Origin: Convolutriloba macropyga
Lineage: Eukaryota
Direction of reading: 5' to 3'
DNA: 64,000 nucleotides
Assembly (NCBI RefSeq): GCF_964194025.1
Contig: NC_134471.1
Span: 62,496,001 to 62,560,000, forward strand
This document shows, piece by piece, positions 1 to 12,870 of this stretch. How positions within the stretch are numbered: the stretch's first letter is position 1; every line of letters starts with the position of its first letter. A model generated the notes under the pieces. The model saw only the letters and a program-made list of their open reading frames with translations. It ran no database searches and was not told where the DNA came from. Both the position numbers and the translations under genes were made by a program.

Positions 1-3000
1 TGTTCGATAAACTTGACGGATTTAGATTTAGATATGAGAAAGATCAAAAACTGTTCAAAAACTTGACTCTATTTGATTTCGAATCAATCTGCGTTCCATC
101 TAATGAAATAAAAGATAAAATACAACCGTTTGGATAGGAAAACATGAACCAATCTGTGTGTGAATTTCCTCAAATTTATCATAAGAATCTATTTTTCTAT
201 GCAATAAAGAACCCAAGAGACTGATTGTATCTTTTGTTGCAACACTAGAAGAACTAGCTAGCAAAAGTAGAGCAGAAATGTTGCAAAAAGTTTCCTCCAT
301 TTTATTTTCGAGAAAATTCTATTTTCGAAAAGCTGAATGGAAGGAAAAATGAGCGTACTCCAATGTTGGAATTTCAACATATCGAAGAAGAAAAAAATGA
401 TATGTCAACTCAATTCCTCCAAATTCAGAAAAATAAACTTCTCCAGCTACAACAACAATATGAACGTTATGTCAACACTTTACCTGTAGTTGGATTCAAT
501 AGCATGAAATATGATCTGAATCTTATCAAGTATTATTTACTACCCTACCTCATTCACTATCGCGATACACAACCAACCATTAATAAAAAAAATCTAATCA
601 TTTTGTATCCTTTAATTTTGGTGATGTACAGTTTCTCGAGATTCTATAGTCTCTTGGCGGAGCAACATCACTAGATTCGTTCCTCAAAGCTTACAAGACA
701 AATGAGACCAAAAATTTTTCCCCTATAAAAGGTTCGACTCGCCAAACAAATTGGATGCAACTTTCATTTCCCCTTGCAAAGGTTTCATTAGTAAGTTGAG
801 AGACGACATTCCCTTGAGAAAGAATTTACGGATTTCACAAAAATTATTGAATAGTGGACTTTCCAAACAGGAGGCTCTGAAAAAACTTAGATTGAAGGTA
901 GTGCCCCCCTCGGGAGTTGCCAACTACAATTACTTGAAAAATGTGTTGGGATAGGAACAAATGACAACTTTTCAAGATTTTGTTAGGAGGTATAACAAGG
1001 ATGTTGTCCCGACACTAGACGCGATGCAGAAATTGATCGAATTCTATCACAACAAAGGGATTGATATGCTAAAACTTGGATGCAAACTACCTTGTTTGGC
1101 AAATATTTGTCTACACAAATCAACTAATAACAAATGCTATCCTTTCGTTGATTTAGACAAAGATTTACTTGATAAAATACGCGAGGTGACCGGTGGTCCC
1201 TCTATTGTCTTTACTAGAAAAGCGGTTGTGGATCAAACATTTATTCGAAACTCAGAAAACATTTGCAAGTCAATTGTGGGTAAGGACGCCAGTCAATTTT
1301 ACCCCTTTTCAATGTGTCAATAAATGCCCACTGGGCTTTACACTAGATGGGAAGTTGATTCAGACTCTCAGATGTTTAAAGCTAGGCATAATAGATCGAG
1401 GAAATTTGAGAACATGGTTATGTCGTACCTACAATCAGCGTCCTAACTGCACTATTGAAAGTTACTACACAAGTGGAACACAGAAAAAGATTGATTGTTT
1501 TAATGTAGACGGATTTTGTGCTCACAGTAAAACTGTATTTGAAGCATTGGTTTGTTATTTTCTTTTTTGTGCATGTCAGGAAGCATGAGCAAGTATGTCA
1601 GAAGAAGATACCCAGAGAAGACTCAAGAAACGGGATTATGATGAACTGAGACAAAACTTTTTGCGGAACAAAGGATATAAAATTGTTGAGATGTAACTGG
1701 CGGGAAACTCCCAAACGTGATGAATCTGTAAAAAGTCACGTGAAAAACAATTTCTCATTCAAGCTACCTCTGACTCAAGAATCTCTACTTGCTCAGATAA
1801 GAGAAGATAAAATGCTTGGTTACGTTCAGTGTGATCTCGAATTTCCAGATGGGTTGAAATACAAGTTCTCGAATTTTCCATCAATCTTTAAAAATTTTAA
1901 TGTTAGTCGAGCAGATTAGTCGAGCAGATGTTAGTGATTATATGAGGGTCTATGCAATTGATAACCATTTACTCAAGCAGCCTCAACGCGAGTTGATTTC
2001 TAGCTTCAAGTTGGGAATGGAAAACATCTTAACAGTCATAACACCTTTACCCAACTTTCACCCTAGTCTTTGGATGAAACGCACCAAAATTTTTCGTTTC
2101 GTTCATTACACAACAAAACATGCTGCAACAAGTTTGTCCGGTCAGTTGTTGATGCTAGAAGAGCTGGAGATGAAAATCCTGAATCAAGCGTTGTAGCCGA
2201 AACAATGAAGTTGTTAGGGAACAGTTCCTATGGGTACCAAATCATGGACAGAAGCAGACATACAGACACAAAATACCTGAACAATGAAAAGACCCACAAA
2301 GCTATCAACGGGAAATTGTTTAAGAGACTTAACAATCTGTCGAAAGAAACATACGAAGTTGAATTTGTAAAATCAAAAATTGAGTACCGCGAACCGATAA
2401 TAGTCGGCTTTTTTATACGTCAGTACGCAAAGTTACGTATGCTGGAGCTTTATTACAATTATTTTGATAAATATTGCGATGTGGACACATTCGAAGAGTT
2501 AGAAATGGACTGACTCCTTCTACTTAGCTCTAGCAGACAATAATTTGTACGATTGCGTTCGTCCATCTAAAGAAGCAGTGTGGGAACACAATTGTGATGA
2601 TTCTTTCGAAGCTGATGCTTAATAAAAATTCTTTCCTAGAACGTGTTGTGATAAACATAAAAAGCACGAAAAGCGTGAACAAAGTTTGTTCAACGAAGAG
2701 TTTAGATGTACTGAAGTGATTTTTCCTTTTAGCAGAATTTTTTGCTGCTACGATGCCAAATGGGATAAGTGCAAATTCAGCAGCAAAGGACTAAATAAAT
2801 ATTGGAAGAGACCAGAGATGGACCATTGAAAAAGTATCGGCGAGTGATAGAAAAAATTATCAATTTATTATCTACAAATAGAGGATTTCAGACAATCAAC
2901 CATTGCGTCGCTACCTATAAACAATCAAAGAAAGGACTTTCAAATTTTTATCCTAAACGAAAAGTGTTATCTGATGGAATTCATACTGTACCCCTGAACT

Positions 3001-3005
3001 TGTAA
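1..3005 (+). pseudogene. Protein-primed family B DNA polymerase (pPolB) of Polinton type, many frameshifts and stops
   Basis: Ordered motifs across frames: ExoI LFDFESIC (~70-95), ExoII GFNSMKYDLNLI, ExoIII YNKDV, TGGPSIVFTRKA, Pol-A IVGKDASQFYP, inserted VDGFC segment, Pol-B KLLGNSSYG, Pol-C frameshifted at EMD/TDS (~2505-2517), C-terminal YPKRKVLSDGIHTVPL. Confidence 0.92.
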
Positions 3006-3163
3006 ACTACTTAAATTGCTTTTCATATTGTGAGCGCTCTCTGTTGTGTTGTGTTTAAATTTACTGATAACGTAATTGATCTTCACTGTGTCTGTCTTTT
3101 TTACCTTCACAATTCATTCTTTTTTTAGAATATTCAATTTTCACAATTTTTAGCAGGTACAAC

Positions 3164-3870
3164 TAATCTTAGTACATTGCGGCGGCTATACCCAATCTTA
3201 GTACATTGCGGCGGTTATACCTAATCTTAATACATTGCGGTAGGTGGCTATACCTAATCTTGAAACATTGCGCTGGTTATACCGATAAAAATGTTAAAAT
3301 TTACTTCGAAGGGAATTGTCCTCTGCCTGTACAATTACCCACCTGTACAAATCCCGTGCGCGCTGCCTATACAATTCCCCGCCTGTACAATTCCCTTGCG
3401 CGCTGCCTGTACAATTCCCCGTCTGTACAATTCCCTGCGCGGAAAGGTTAATGACCGGCTCCCAGAAATGCGGATGATCTGCTCACACTATACTACTGGG
3501 GCTATTCCTAATCTTAACACGTTGCGGCGGCTATTCCTAATCTTAATACGTTGCGGCGGCTATTCCTAATCTTAATACGTTGCGGCACATTTTCCTAATC
3601 TTAATAAGTTGCGGCGGTTATTTCTAATTTTAATACGTTGTGGCGGCTGTTCCTTATCTTAATACGTTGCGGCGGCTATTCCTAATCTTGGAACGTTGCA
3701 GTGGCTATTCCTATTATTAATACGTTGCGGCGGCTATTCCTATTCTTAATACGTTGCGGCGGCTATTCCTAATCTTAATACGTGGCGGCTAATCATAATC
3801 TTAATAAATTGGAAATATACATAATCTGAATGCATGTAGGCGGCCCTAGATTTATACCCTATCTTAATAC
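3164..3870 (+). repeat. Polinton subterminal tandem repeats: 29-bp TAATCTTAATACGTTGCGGCGGCTATTCC arrays flanking a CTGTACAATTCCC cluster
   Basis: About 4 copies at 3164-3285 and about 11 at 3500-3870; CTGTACAATTCCC about 6 times at 3327-3440; no unique spacers. Confidence 0.9.
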
Positions 3871-5638
3871 GTTAGGGTAGACCCTTTCTCAAAAATAACC
3901 CTATATCCTATCTTCATAAATGGGGTCTAGACCCTCCCCGGGGAGCCTTGCTCACCCTATTACTACTGATCGATATGGCAGATGGAACCGGTTTGCCCAA
4001 AAAATCCCGGCAGAAAGTGCTTATTTCGTCTGCTTAAAATTTTGTGCCCTCATGTCAAGGGTTTCGTGCGTTCAAGTCAAGATTTTGACAGATTCCTTAG
4101 ATTTCACTGCGTTCTAACCTATACTTTATTCTTTCAAATACAGACAGATCCATGATTTCACTTTAGAAAACATACCTCCTGTCCATTTATTTTTGAAACT
4201 TAAAAATTTGTTCTTGACTTGATTGTGTTCGTTGCACTGTTGTAATTTTTCATGAAAACAATCTAGGTTTCGCTTAAAAATGTGCATTTATCGTCTAAAT
4301 ATTTTTTTATGATCTTTCAATCGATTTTTTTTCAGTTTTAAATTAGTGGTCTATAATTTTATACTCCCAGATGCATGTTGTCAGATAATGTTGTCAGAAG
4401 CAATTAATGAAAACATTACTGGTTAATACAGACCCATTAATTTAGTTCAAGTTGAGGCCTGTGGATATCACTTACGTAAAATTGAATTTAACTTACACCA
4501 TCAGTCCACAAGAAATTAGACCGATTTATTGACTATACGATTTGAATTATATACCATAATTATCAACTATTTTGATCGAACAAAATCTTTTGAAAGCAGC
4601 GCCTGCCAACACTGTCTGAGCTTCAATTACAACCAGAAAAGTAGTCTTAAAGTTTCTGTACATATAAGCATACTATCTTTTTCCTTTAAAGTCAATAGTC
4701 ACTGGAATGAGAAATGAAAAGTTAATGTTTCAAATCTTTAATTAGCGATATTTTCAATGTAACTTTTTTGGCTTCTAACAATTGATAAAATATATCTGCT
4801 TAAAAAGGAAGTTCGTAAACCATACTTTGAAGTTATTTGGGAAGATCTTATCTTTTAAACAAATTTAAAAATTATTATGTGATAAAAACTGAAGTAAAAG
4901 GAAAAAAACCGAAAATTGATAGACGAAAAACTTCAGTAGGTGTTTGTTTTTGATCATAAACTCGATCCTGTTTTGTTCGCATTATTCGTGTATTATACCC
5001 CATGATTGCGGTCGATATATTTTCGAACGTGCCGCGAAGTATTGAGAAGTTAGACAAATAGAAGTGAGCCCATAAGACACTAGCAGCAGTAAATATTTAG
5101 GTGTTTGAATTAGAGCGTTGTCCTCCGTATTATTGCATTAGTTGCAAGAGGGTTTTGGATCGGATCTTACATGGGAATTTACATACATGTTGTTTCCTCC
5201 CTTACATTGCTTCCCTTAAATTCTTTAGTTTTCAAAATTTTGCTTTCACTCTTTCGCTTTCAATACTGGTTATACTTCTGAACCAAATAAAAACCAAATG
5301 AAATTGATAAAATATAATTAGGCATAAATTTTTCAGCATAATTTACTGCGTACAGTTTGACCGAAATGCAATTGTTTCAACGAAATTACTAGTGCAAATT
5401 GACTGGTTCACTAATATTTAAAGCTTCAAACTCTTTGGAAAAAGTAAACAAGAGAGGAGCTGTCGTGGCCAGACTCATTTATTTGCCCATTTATTATGAT
5501 CTGATAACTCACGCCTTGTTGGGTTTAGAAAAATTTCTTTTAATCGTCACTATCGCAGTGAAAATTATAACTTCCCAATATAAATTATCAAAACCACAAT
5601 AAGAAATCTAACAGAATTCAAGACTATAACGTCCTTCA

Positions 5639-5869
5639 TTGGAGGGCAGAATATATCACAGAAAGGCAAGACTTGATAGCTCGAGACATTTTGCAATACA
5701 TGACCATCAGACACTATGCTTGTTTTGCACCACCAATCGCGTTTTTTGCCCTCATTGTGACCAAGAAATTTTCATCGAAAAGACAACTTTTTCCTTTATG
5801 GCCAAAAACTTAAATTCCTTTATGGCCGACAACGTAAAAAAGAAAAAATCTCATGCATCAAGATCTTGA
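5639..5869 (+). other. Possible degenerate zinc-finger exon (B-box type 2 or UBP-type)
   Basis: Reads RHFAIHDHQTLCLFCTTNRVFCPHCDQEI, a Cys/His spacing like B-box2 (F for the first C) or the zf-UBP C-terminal half. YYCISCKRVL at ~5128-5157 could be a preceding finger. No clear gene model. Confidence 0.3.
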
Positions 5870-6451
5870 TTGTTTAATAGCCCTCAAGGTACTTATTATT
5901 ATTACTATTATTCAAATGCCTACAACGAAATTATTTAGTTTTAATATAAAACTATCAAAGATAGCCAAAAACAAAAACAATTTTTCCGAGGGTAATAAAT
6001 TATGGTTTCGTATCCCAGTTTAGGTTTCAAGCAAGCATAATTGGTGATTAATTTACAAACATGTCCTTCAGTTAAAAGTCAAATTGTTTGCTCTATATCT
6101 TGAATAAATAGTAATAAAAGATGCAACTAGCTGTTAGAATTAGCTGGCATTACATTGTAACGGATCTTGAGTTTGGCGAGTTCGAGTTTAGCAGCTCAAA
6201 TTATTGTTAGAGTGTTCCGAAATAAGTTTGTGTTAGTCTAATAATCAGCTTGACTTTTGTCTCGAAATTGTTTTTCGGTAATTGCTTAGATATTTCGTTT
6301 TTAACCGTGAGGCTCATCGGACACTCAGATTCTACAACAAAGAAGGAACCTACCATGAAGTGATCAGCCATATCAAGATTTTGATCAATGTAACTTCTGT
6401 GTTGAACACAAATTCTCCCTCTGGCACTTTGCCTTTACGCTTAACACACCT

Positions 6452-6453
<2 letters not shown>

Positions 6454-6508
<55 letters not shown>
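6454..6508. repeat. (TA)n microsatellite
   Basis: Pure AT dinucleotide run of about 55 bp. Confidence 0.97.
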
Positions 6509-6513
<5 letters not shown>

Positions 6514-6519
6514 TATATA

Positions 6520-7020
6520 TTAATGGAAGTTCAGCCTTTCCCTCAATTCTGTAAAGTTCATTGCCGGGTTGAAGCTTTCCTGTAAATAAATGGCATTGAA
6601 GAAGTTCTCCGAGACTGCTTCCACTGCTTCTTGTAGCTTTGTGAGAAACTCCTGCCCCCTGATTAAAAAGCTGTCGAAATCCTCAGAATCCTTGAGCTGC
6701 AGTCGAGCAAGCTGTGCTACCAAACTCACCACTGTTGTTGTCTCCACACTCTGTAATCTGTCTGGCAAAAGCTTACAAGCCTTTGCTGCCGTCGTCTCCC
6801 ACACAGTAATGTCTCATCAGAGACCCATGAAGCTTGCAGCATCTAGAGTCAGTGGCAGATGGCACCACACATTGTTTGGTTTCTCCCTGATGTCTGCAAC
6901 TTCCTTCTCATATGCATCCTTCAGCACCTTGTGGTTCTTATTCTCGTCACTGCTTGACCCATTGGCTAGTGGTGCAGGCTCATTGGGTTGCTCCTCTGTC
7001 CCAAGTAGTCATTTGTAAAT
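6520..7020 (-). pseudogene. Ty1/Copia gag fragment (Retrotran_gag_2/UBN2-like), decayed
   Basis: Minus strand reads YK*LLGTEEQPNEPAPLANG...VWCHLPLTLD...KLLPDRLQSVETTTVVSLVAQLARLQLKDSEDFDSFLIRGQEFLTKLQEA, typical Copia capsid helices, with stops and frameshifts. Confidence 0.75.
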
Positions 7021-7258
7021 AACTTTTATTTGAGAGAGATAACTTGATGAAAAATCTTCCCAGAACGGTTTGATTGAATATGCTACCACCGGAATTGTGA
7101 ACAATTTCTTAGAAAAGTGTAAATGCATACTAGTTATGGTATCCTTTGTGACTGATTTCTACGAAAATTTGCTGGAGCAAACCATATTGGGTAACCCTTG
7201 CGATCCCCACTGTAAATCATCGTGCTAGGATTTTTCTTGTATCATGACTTTCTCGCAC

Positions 7259-7477
7259 TGATAATGGGTATGTATACAGCTGATTTGTGAGCCTTTTTTA
7301 TATCCAAAATCAAATCACCATCTTCATCTAATAATCAGGTCTCACCTATAAATCTCCAAATTCTACTGTGAAGTATCATTTTTGTTAATCTCTAATTTTG
7401 AGAAAATTTTTCTATTTAGTAAAACACGTTTGTTTTAGTTGCTAAATTCCATAGCCCAACAGTTTGTGGGCCCAGCA
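7259..7477 (+). mobile_element. Copia LTR (7259-7461) and half-tRNAiMet primer binding site, unit 1
   Basis: TG...CCCAACA followed at once by GTTTGTGGGCCCAGCA, compared with GGTTATGGGCCCAGCA, the complement of the tRNAiMet anticodon arm used by Drosophila copia-type elements. Confidence 0.7.
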
Positions 7478-8933
7478 ATTTTCTAAGTCAAAAAACTTTT
7501 TTCTCATCGCAACTATTTTTTTATTGACCGTCATAACACTTTTCTGTTCTGTAAATTTTCTTTTCACAACTAATTTGCCTGCTTAAACTACAATGCATCA
7601 GCGAAGCTGCTGACCTACACAGGAAAGGCATGGGACCTTCCAATCTGGAGCACAAGATTTTTGGCGATGGTGTTGACAAAGGGACTCTAGATTCACCAGT
7701 TTGAACCGAATACTGATTCTTAGCAAGACTAATTGAAGATTAATTTATTTAAATTTTGTGACTAGAATCAAATTTTTTCTTGCCTTTGTAATCTGCTAAG
7801 TTAAATTTTCTTTCCAATAATTCTAACCAAGTTCAAGACTATAGCTTGATCTAGTTTTTAACATAACCGGGTATCAATAAGGGTAATCTGAACTCACTGG
7901 CAGTGAATCATAATCGGTGCTCAATATTCTTGAGATCCTTGATGTCTTCGCGAAACAAGTTTTGTTGCAGTCGACAGATCGGAAAAGCTGTATTAACTTT
8001 AATTAATCTGTTCCAATTTGTTCTTGGTTTGCTTGCTTAAAAAGGATACCTTACTTGAGCAACATTGTTCACTGCCAAATCTTTAGTTAAAAACCCGACC
8101 GACTATTTTTCACAGACGTAAATTGACTTCAAACATTTCTATAGTAAATCCAATTCGCTGAAGTTCGAAGCAGCAGCTGAAAGAGTGTGATATAGCATGG
8201 ATGGGGCCATCGATTTGGGAGTACTAAATCCTTTTAATTTTAGTTATTATAATCTAGTTCATTTTCATCAGTTTTTAGTTCTTATTTGTTTAATTCGTGT
8301 TTGAAGATCAAATCTTCATCATTTCATGCTTGTTAAATTTGTTTTCATATTTTCTTGAAATAATTGTCTGTTCATGCTCTCTAGTTATTCTGTTCGCCGC
8401 AACTTGTAAATTTTAGTTATGATCAATTTGCTGATCACATTCTGTTAATCTTAATTTAATCATTCTTGTCGAATCTGAATTCAAGTTTAGTTGCATCTCT
8501 TTCAGTCCGAAATTCGCCCCGCGACTTACTCAATTTCACAATAGCAGATTAAGCCTCATTTCGCTAAGCGAAATACTAGTTTGGAAATAAATGCTAACTT
8601 ATCGGCGCTAATAGCACTCATAATTAGAACTAAGAAAAACGAATTTCAAATCACAAAATTAACAGTGAATTCGCTCCGCGAAATAGCCAATAATTTTGTA
8701 GTGACAAAACTCCTAAATTGGCACCGCAAATTCTTTCTGAGTACAGTAACGAAATCTGTATGACAAAGAGAATTATGGCAATATGTTGAATTTTACGCAA
8801 AGCACTCCCGCACTTAAATTTCAGAGTAAATCAGTACTGAATAAGAATGTTTTTCAGAAAGGGCATGGACAGAGTCTGTTCATGTGTTATATTTGGCTCT
8901 AATATGCTCTGTTTGAGACTCTGACTCAGACTT

Positions 8934-9156
8934 TGATAATGGGTATGTATACAGCTGATTTCTGAGCCTTTTTTATATCCAAAATCACATCACCATCTTC
9001 ATCTAATAATCAGGTCTCTCCTATAAATCTCTAAATTCTACTGTGAAGTATCATTTTTGTTAATCTCTCATTTTGAGAAAATTTTTCTATTTAGTAAAAA
9101 ACAATTTTTTTTTTCAGTTGCTAAATTCCAAAACCCAACAGTTTATGGGCCCAGCA
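8934..9156 (+). mobile_element. Copia LTR (8934-9140) and half-tRNAiMet PBS, unit 2
   Basis: TG...CCCAACA then GTTTATGGGCCCAGCA (15/16 match to the tRNAiMet internal complement). Confidence 0.75.
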
Positions 9157-10621
9157 ATTTTCAAAGTCAAAAAACTCTTTTCTCATCGCAACTATTTTTT
9201 ATTGACCGTCATAATGCTTTTCTGTTCTGTAATTTTTCTTTTCACAACTTTTTTGCCTGCTTAAACTACAATGCATCAGCGAAGCTGCTGACCTACACAG
9301 GAAAGGCATGGGACCTTCCAATCTGGAGCACAAGATTTTTGGCGATGGTGTTGACAAAGGGACTCTAGATTCACCAGTTTGAACCGAATACTGATTCTTA
9401 GCACGATTAATTAAAGATTAATTTATTTAAATTTTGTGACTAGAATCAAATTTTTTCTTGCCTTTGTAATCTGCTAAGTTAAACTTTCTTTTCAATAATT
9501 CTAACCAAGTTCAAGACTATAGCTTGATCGAGTTTCTAACATAACCGGGTATCGATAAGGGTAATCTGAACTCACTGGCAGTGTATCATAATCGGTGCTC
9601 AATATTCTTGAGATCCTTGATGTCTTCGCGAAACAAGTTTTGTTGCAGTCGACAGATCGGAAAAGCTGTATTAACTTTAATTAATCTGTTCCAATTTGTT
9701 CTTGGTTTGCTTGCTTAAAAAGGATACCTAACTTGAGCAACATTGTTCACTGCCAAATCTTTAGTTAAAAACCCGACCGACTATTTTTCACAGACGTAAA
9801 TTGACTTCAAACATTTCTATAGTAAATCCAATTCGCTGAAGTTCGAAGCAGCAGCTGAAAGAGTGTGATATAGTATGAGTTAGTATGGATGGGACTATCG
9901 ATTTGGGAGTACTAAATCCTTTTAATTTTAGTTATTATAATCTAGTTCATTTTCATCAGTTTTTAGTTCTTATTTGTTCAATTCGTGTTTGAAGATCAAA
10001 TCTTCATCAATTCATGCTTGTTAAATTTGTTTACATATTTTCCTGAAACAATTGTCTGTTCATGCTGTCTAGTTATTCTGTTCGCCGCAACTAGTAAATT
10101 TTAGTTATGATCAAATTGCTGATCACATTCTGTTAATCTTAATTTAATCATTCTTGTCGAATCTGAATTCAAGTTTAGTTGCATCTCTTTCAGTCCGAAA
10201 TTCGCCCCGCGACTTACTCAATTTCACAATATCAGATTAAGCCTCGTTTCGCTAAGCGAAATACTAGTTTGGAAATAAATGCTAACTTATCGGCGCTAAT
10301 AGCACTCATAATTAGAACTAAGAAAAACGGATTTCAAAACACAAAATTAACAGTGAATTCGCTCCGCGAAATAGCCAATAATTTTGTAGTGACAAAACTC
10401 CTAAATTGGCACCGCAAATTCTTTCTGAGTACAGTAACGAAATCTGTATGACAAAGAGAATTATGGCAATATGTTGAATTTTACGCAAAGCACTCCCGCG
10501 CCTAAATCTCAGAGTAAATCAGTACTGAATAAGAATGTTTTTCAGAAAGAGCATGGACAGAAACTGTTCATGTGTTATATTTGGCTCTAATATGCTCTGT
10601 TTCAGACTCTGATTCAGACTT

Positions 10622-10843
10622 TGATAATGGGTATGTATACAGCTGTATTCTGAGCCTTTTTTATATCCAAAATCACATCACCATCTTCATCTAACAATCC
10701 GGTCTCTCCTATAAATCTCTAAATTCTACTGTGAAGTATCATTTTTGTTAATCTCTCATTTTGAGAGAACTTTTCAATTTAGTAAAAAACAATTTTTTTT
10801 TCAGTTGCTAAATTCCAAAACCCAACAGTTTATGGGCCCAGCA
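10622..10843 (+). mobile_element. Copia LTR (10622-10827) and half-tRNAiMet PBS, unit 3
   Basis: TG...CCCAACA then GTTTATGGGCCCAGCA. Confidence 0.75.
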
Positions 10844-12398
10844 ATTTTCAAAGTCAAAAAACTTTTTTTTCATCGCAACTATTTTTTTATTGACCGTCAT
10901 AATGCTTTTCTGTTCTGTAATTTTTCTTTTCACAACTTTTTTGCCTGCTTAAACTACAATGCATCAGCGAAGCTGCTGACCTACACAGGAAAGGCATGGG
11001 ACCTTCCAATCTGGAGCACAAGATTTTTGGCGATGGTGTTGACAAAGGGACTCTAGATTCACCAGTTTGAACCGAATACTGATTCTTAGCACGATTAATT
11101 GAAGATTAATTTATTTAAATTTTGTGACTAGAATCAAATTTTTTCTTGCCTTTGTAATCTGCTAAGTTAAACTTTCTTTCCAATAATTCTAACCAAGTTC
11201 AAGACTATAGCTTGATCGAGTTTCTAACATATCCGGGTATCGATAAGGGTAATCTGAACTCACTGGCAGTGTATCATAATCGGTGCTCAATATTCTTGAG
11301 ATCCTTGATGTCTTCGCGAAACAAGTTTTGTTGCAGTCGACAGATCGGAAAAGCTGTATTAACTTTAATTAATCTGTTCCAATTTGTTCTTGGTTTGTTT
11401 GCTTAAAAAGGATACCTAACTTGAGCAACATTGTTCACTGCCAAATCTTTAGTTAAAACCCGACCGACTATTTTTCACAGACGTAAATTGACTTCAAACA
11501 TTTCTCTAGTAAATCCAATTCGCTGAAGTTCGAAACAGCAGCTGAAAGAGTGTGATATAGTATGAGTTAGTATGGATGGGGTTATCGATTTGGGAGTACT
11601 AAATCCTTTTAATTTTAGTTATTATAATCTAGTTCATTTTCATCAGTTTTTAGTTCTTATTTGTTCAATTCGTATTTGAAGATCAAATCTTCATCATTTC
11701 ATGCTTTTTAAATTGGTTTACATATTTTCCTGAAATAATTGTCTGTTCATGCTGTCTAGTTATTCTGTTCGCCGCAACTTGTAAATTTTAGTTATGATCA
11801 AATTGCTGATCACATTCTGTTAATCTTAATTTAATCATTCTTGTCGAATCTGAATTCAAGTTTAGTTGCATCTCTTTCAGTCCGAAATTCGCCCCGCGAC
11901 TTACTCAATTTCACAATATCAGATTAAGCCTCATTTCGCTAAGCGAAATACTAGTTTGGAAATAAATTCTAACTTATCGTCGCTAATAGCACTCATAATT
12001 AGAACTAAGAAAAACGGATTTCAAAACACAAAATTAACAGTGAATTCGCTCCGCGAAATAGCCAATAATTTTGTAGTGACAAAACTCCTGAATTGGCACC
12101 GCAAATTCTTTCTGAGTACAGTAACAAAATCTGTATGACAAAGAGAATTATGGCAATATGTTGAATTTTACGCAAAGCACTCCCGCACCTAAATCTCAGA
12201 GTAAATCAGTACTGAATAAGAATGTTTTTCAGAAAGGACATGGACAGAGTCTGTTCATGTGTTATATTTGGCTCTAATATGCTCTGTTTCAGACTCTGAT
12301 TCAGACACTGATTTATTCCGAATCAAACTCTGGTATATTCTTGTTTTTGTTTTTCGGATTAGAATGTTTGTTTTGATTGTTAAGTGATATCAGGTACT

Positions 12399-12870
12399 TC
12401 ATATCTGTTGTATAGTACGAAGAGTTTGTTCTGCATCACTTATCCAGTTTTCAAAATACGATACACGTGTAAAGATTGAGCCTTGTGTTCTATGGTCCAA
12501 ACTGTCAGCCATTTTTGAGGCTATTCCATATAGACAGTCGTCAAGCGATGTTCGAAGTACAGCTGGCCCTCCAATGTCATCCCGACTGATATCCACATTA
12601 TTGGCTGGATCCCATCCCCTCAAGCAAATTTGGGTAGATCTCTAAAAGCAAAAAGCGCATTAATTCACGATGGTTAGAGTTCTGGTAATGACTAAAAGTG
12701 ACATCACGTGCTATATAATTGAAAAAATTTGAAACGGCTGAAAATGCTACATAAGCTGCCCATGTTAATTTAATAAGGTCAGAGGGCACAATTTATTGCT
12801 AACCATTGATGTTTTACCCAATGAAACGTTTTAGGTTTTATTCGCTTCTTTCAGCCTAACTAGAGCGCTT
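12399..12870 (-). pseudogene. Trypsin-like (S1A) serine protease homologue, C-terminal part; catalytic Ser replaced
   Basis: Putative acceptor TTTTAG at 12647-12642, then QICLRG...DISRDDIGGP (for GDSGGP)...CLYGIAS...GSIFTRVSYFENWI to a stop at 12399. Upstream remnant ALVRLKE (~12846-12866) matches the Asp102 region but is disrupted. Confidence 0.75.

Larger units (their letters stand above)
1..3967 (+). mobile_element. Decayed Polinton/Maverick (adintovirus-like) element, right end; left part outside the window
   Basis: Fragmented protein-primed PolB, then subterminal tandem repeats, then ACTACT at 3962-3967, the usual Polinton 3' terminus (AGTAGT...ACTACT). Repeat-rich sequence stops there. 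Confidence 0.8.
7259..12308 (+). repeat. Head-to-tail array of three ~1.68-kb units (7259-8933, 8934-10621, 10622-12308), each a Copia 5' LTR + PBS + gag N-terminus fused to unrelated sequence
   Basis: Near-identical units (repeated ORFs at 8581/10179/11866 and 9057/10745). Gag N-terminus KLLTYTGKAWDLPIWSTRFLAMVLTKGL* in each unit. Confidence 0.9.

Noticed and set aside
3500-3870. CRISPR-like 29-bp repeat array
   Set aside because: Repeats are contiguous without unique spacers, there are no cas genes, and the context is a eukaryotic Polinton end.
6132-6446. Solo LTR (TGTTA or TGTAAC ... TAACA)
   Set aside because: No matching TSD and no second copy in the window.
6590-7018. 142-aa Ser-rich plus-strand ORF
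   Set aside because: Antisense shadow of the Copia gag fragment.
8070-8100. U5 snRNA-like ACTAAAGATTT on the minus strand of the 1.69-kb unit
   Set aside because: The invariant loop GCCTTTTAC and the enclosing stem are absent.
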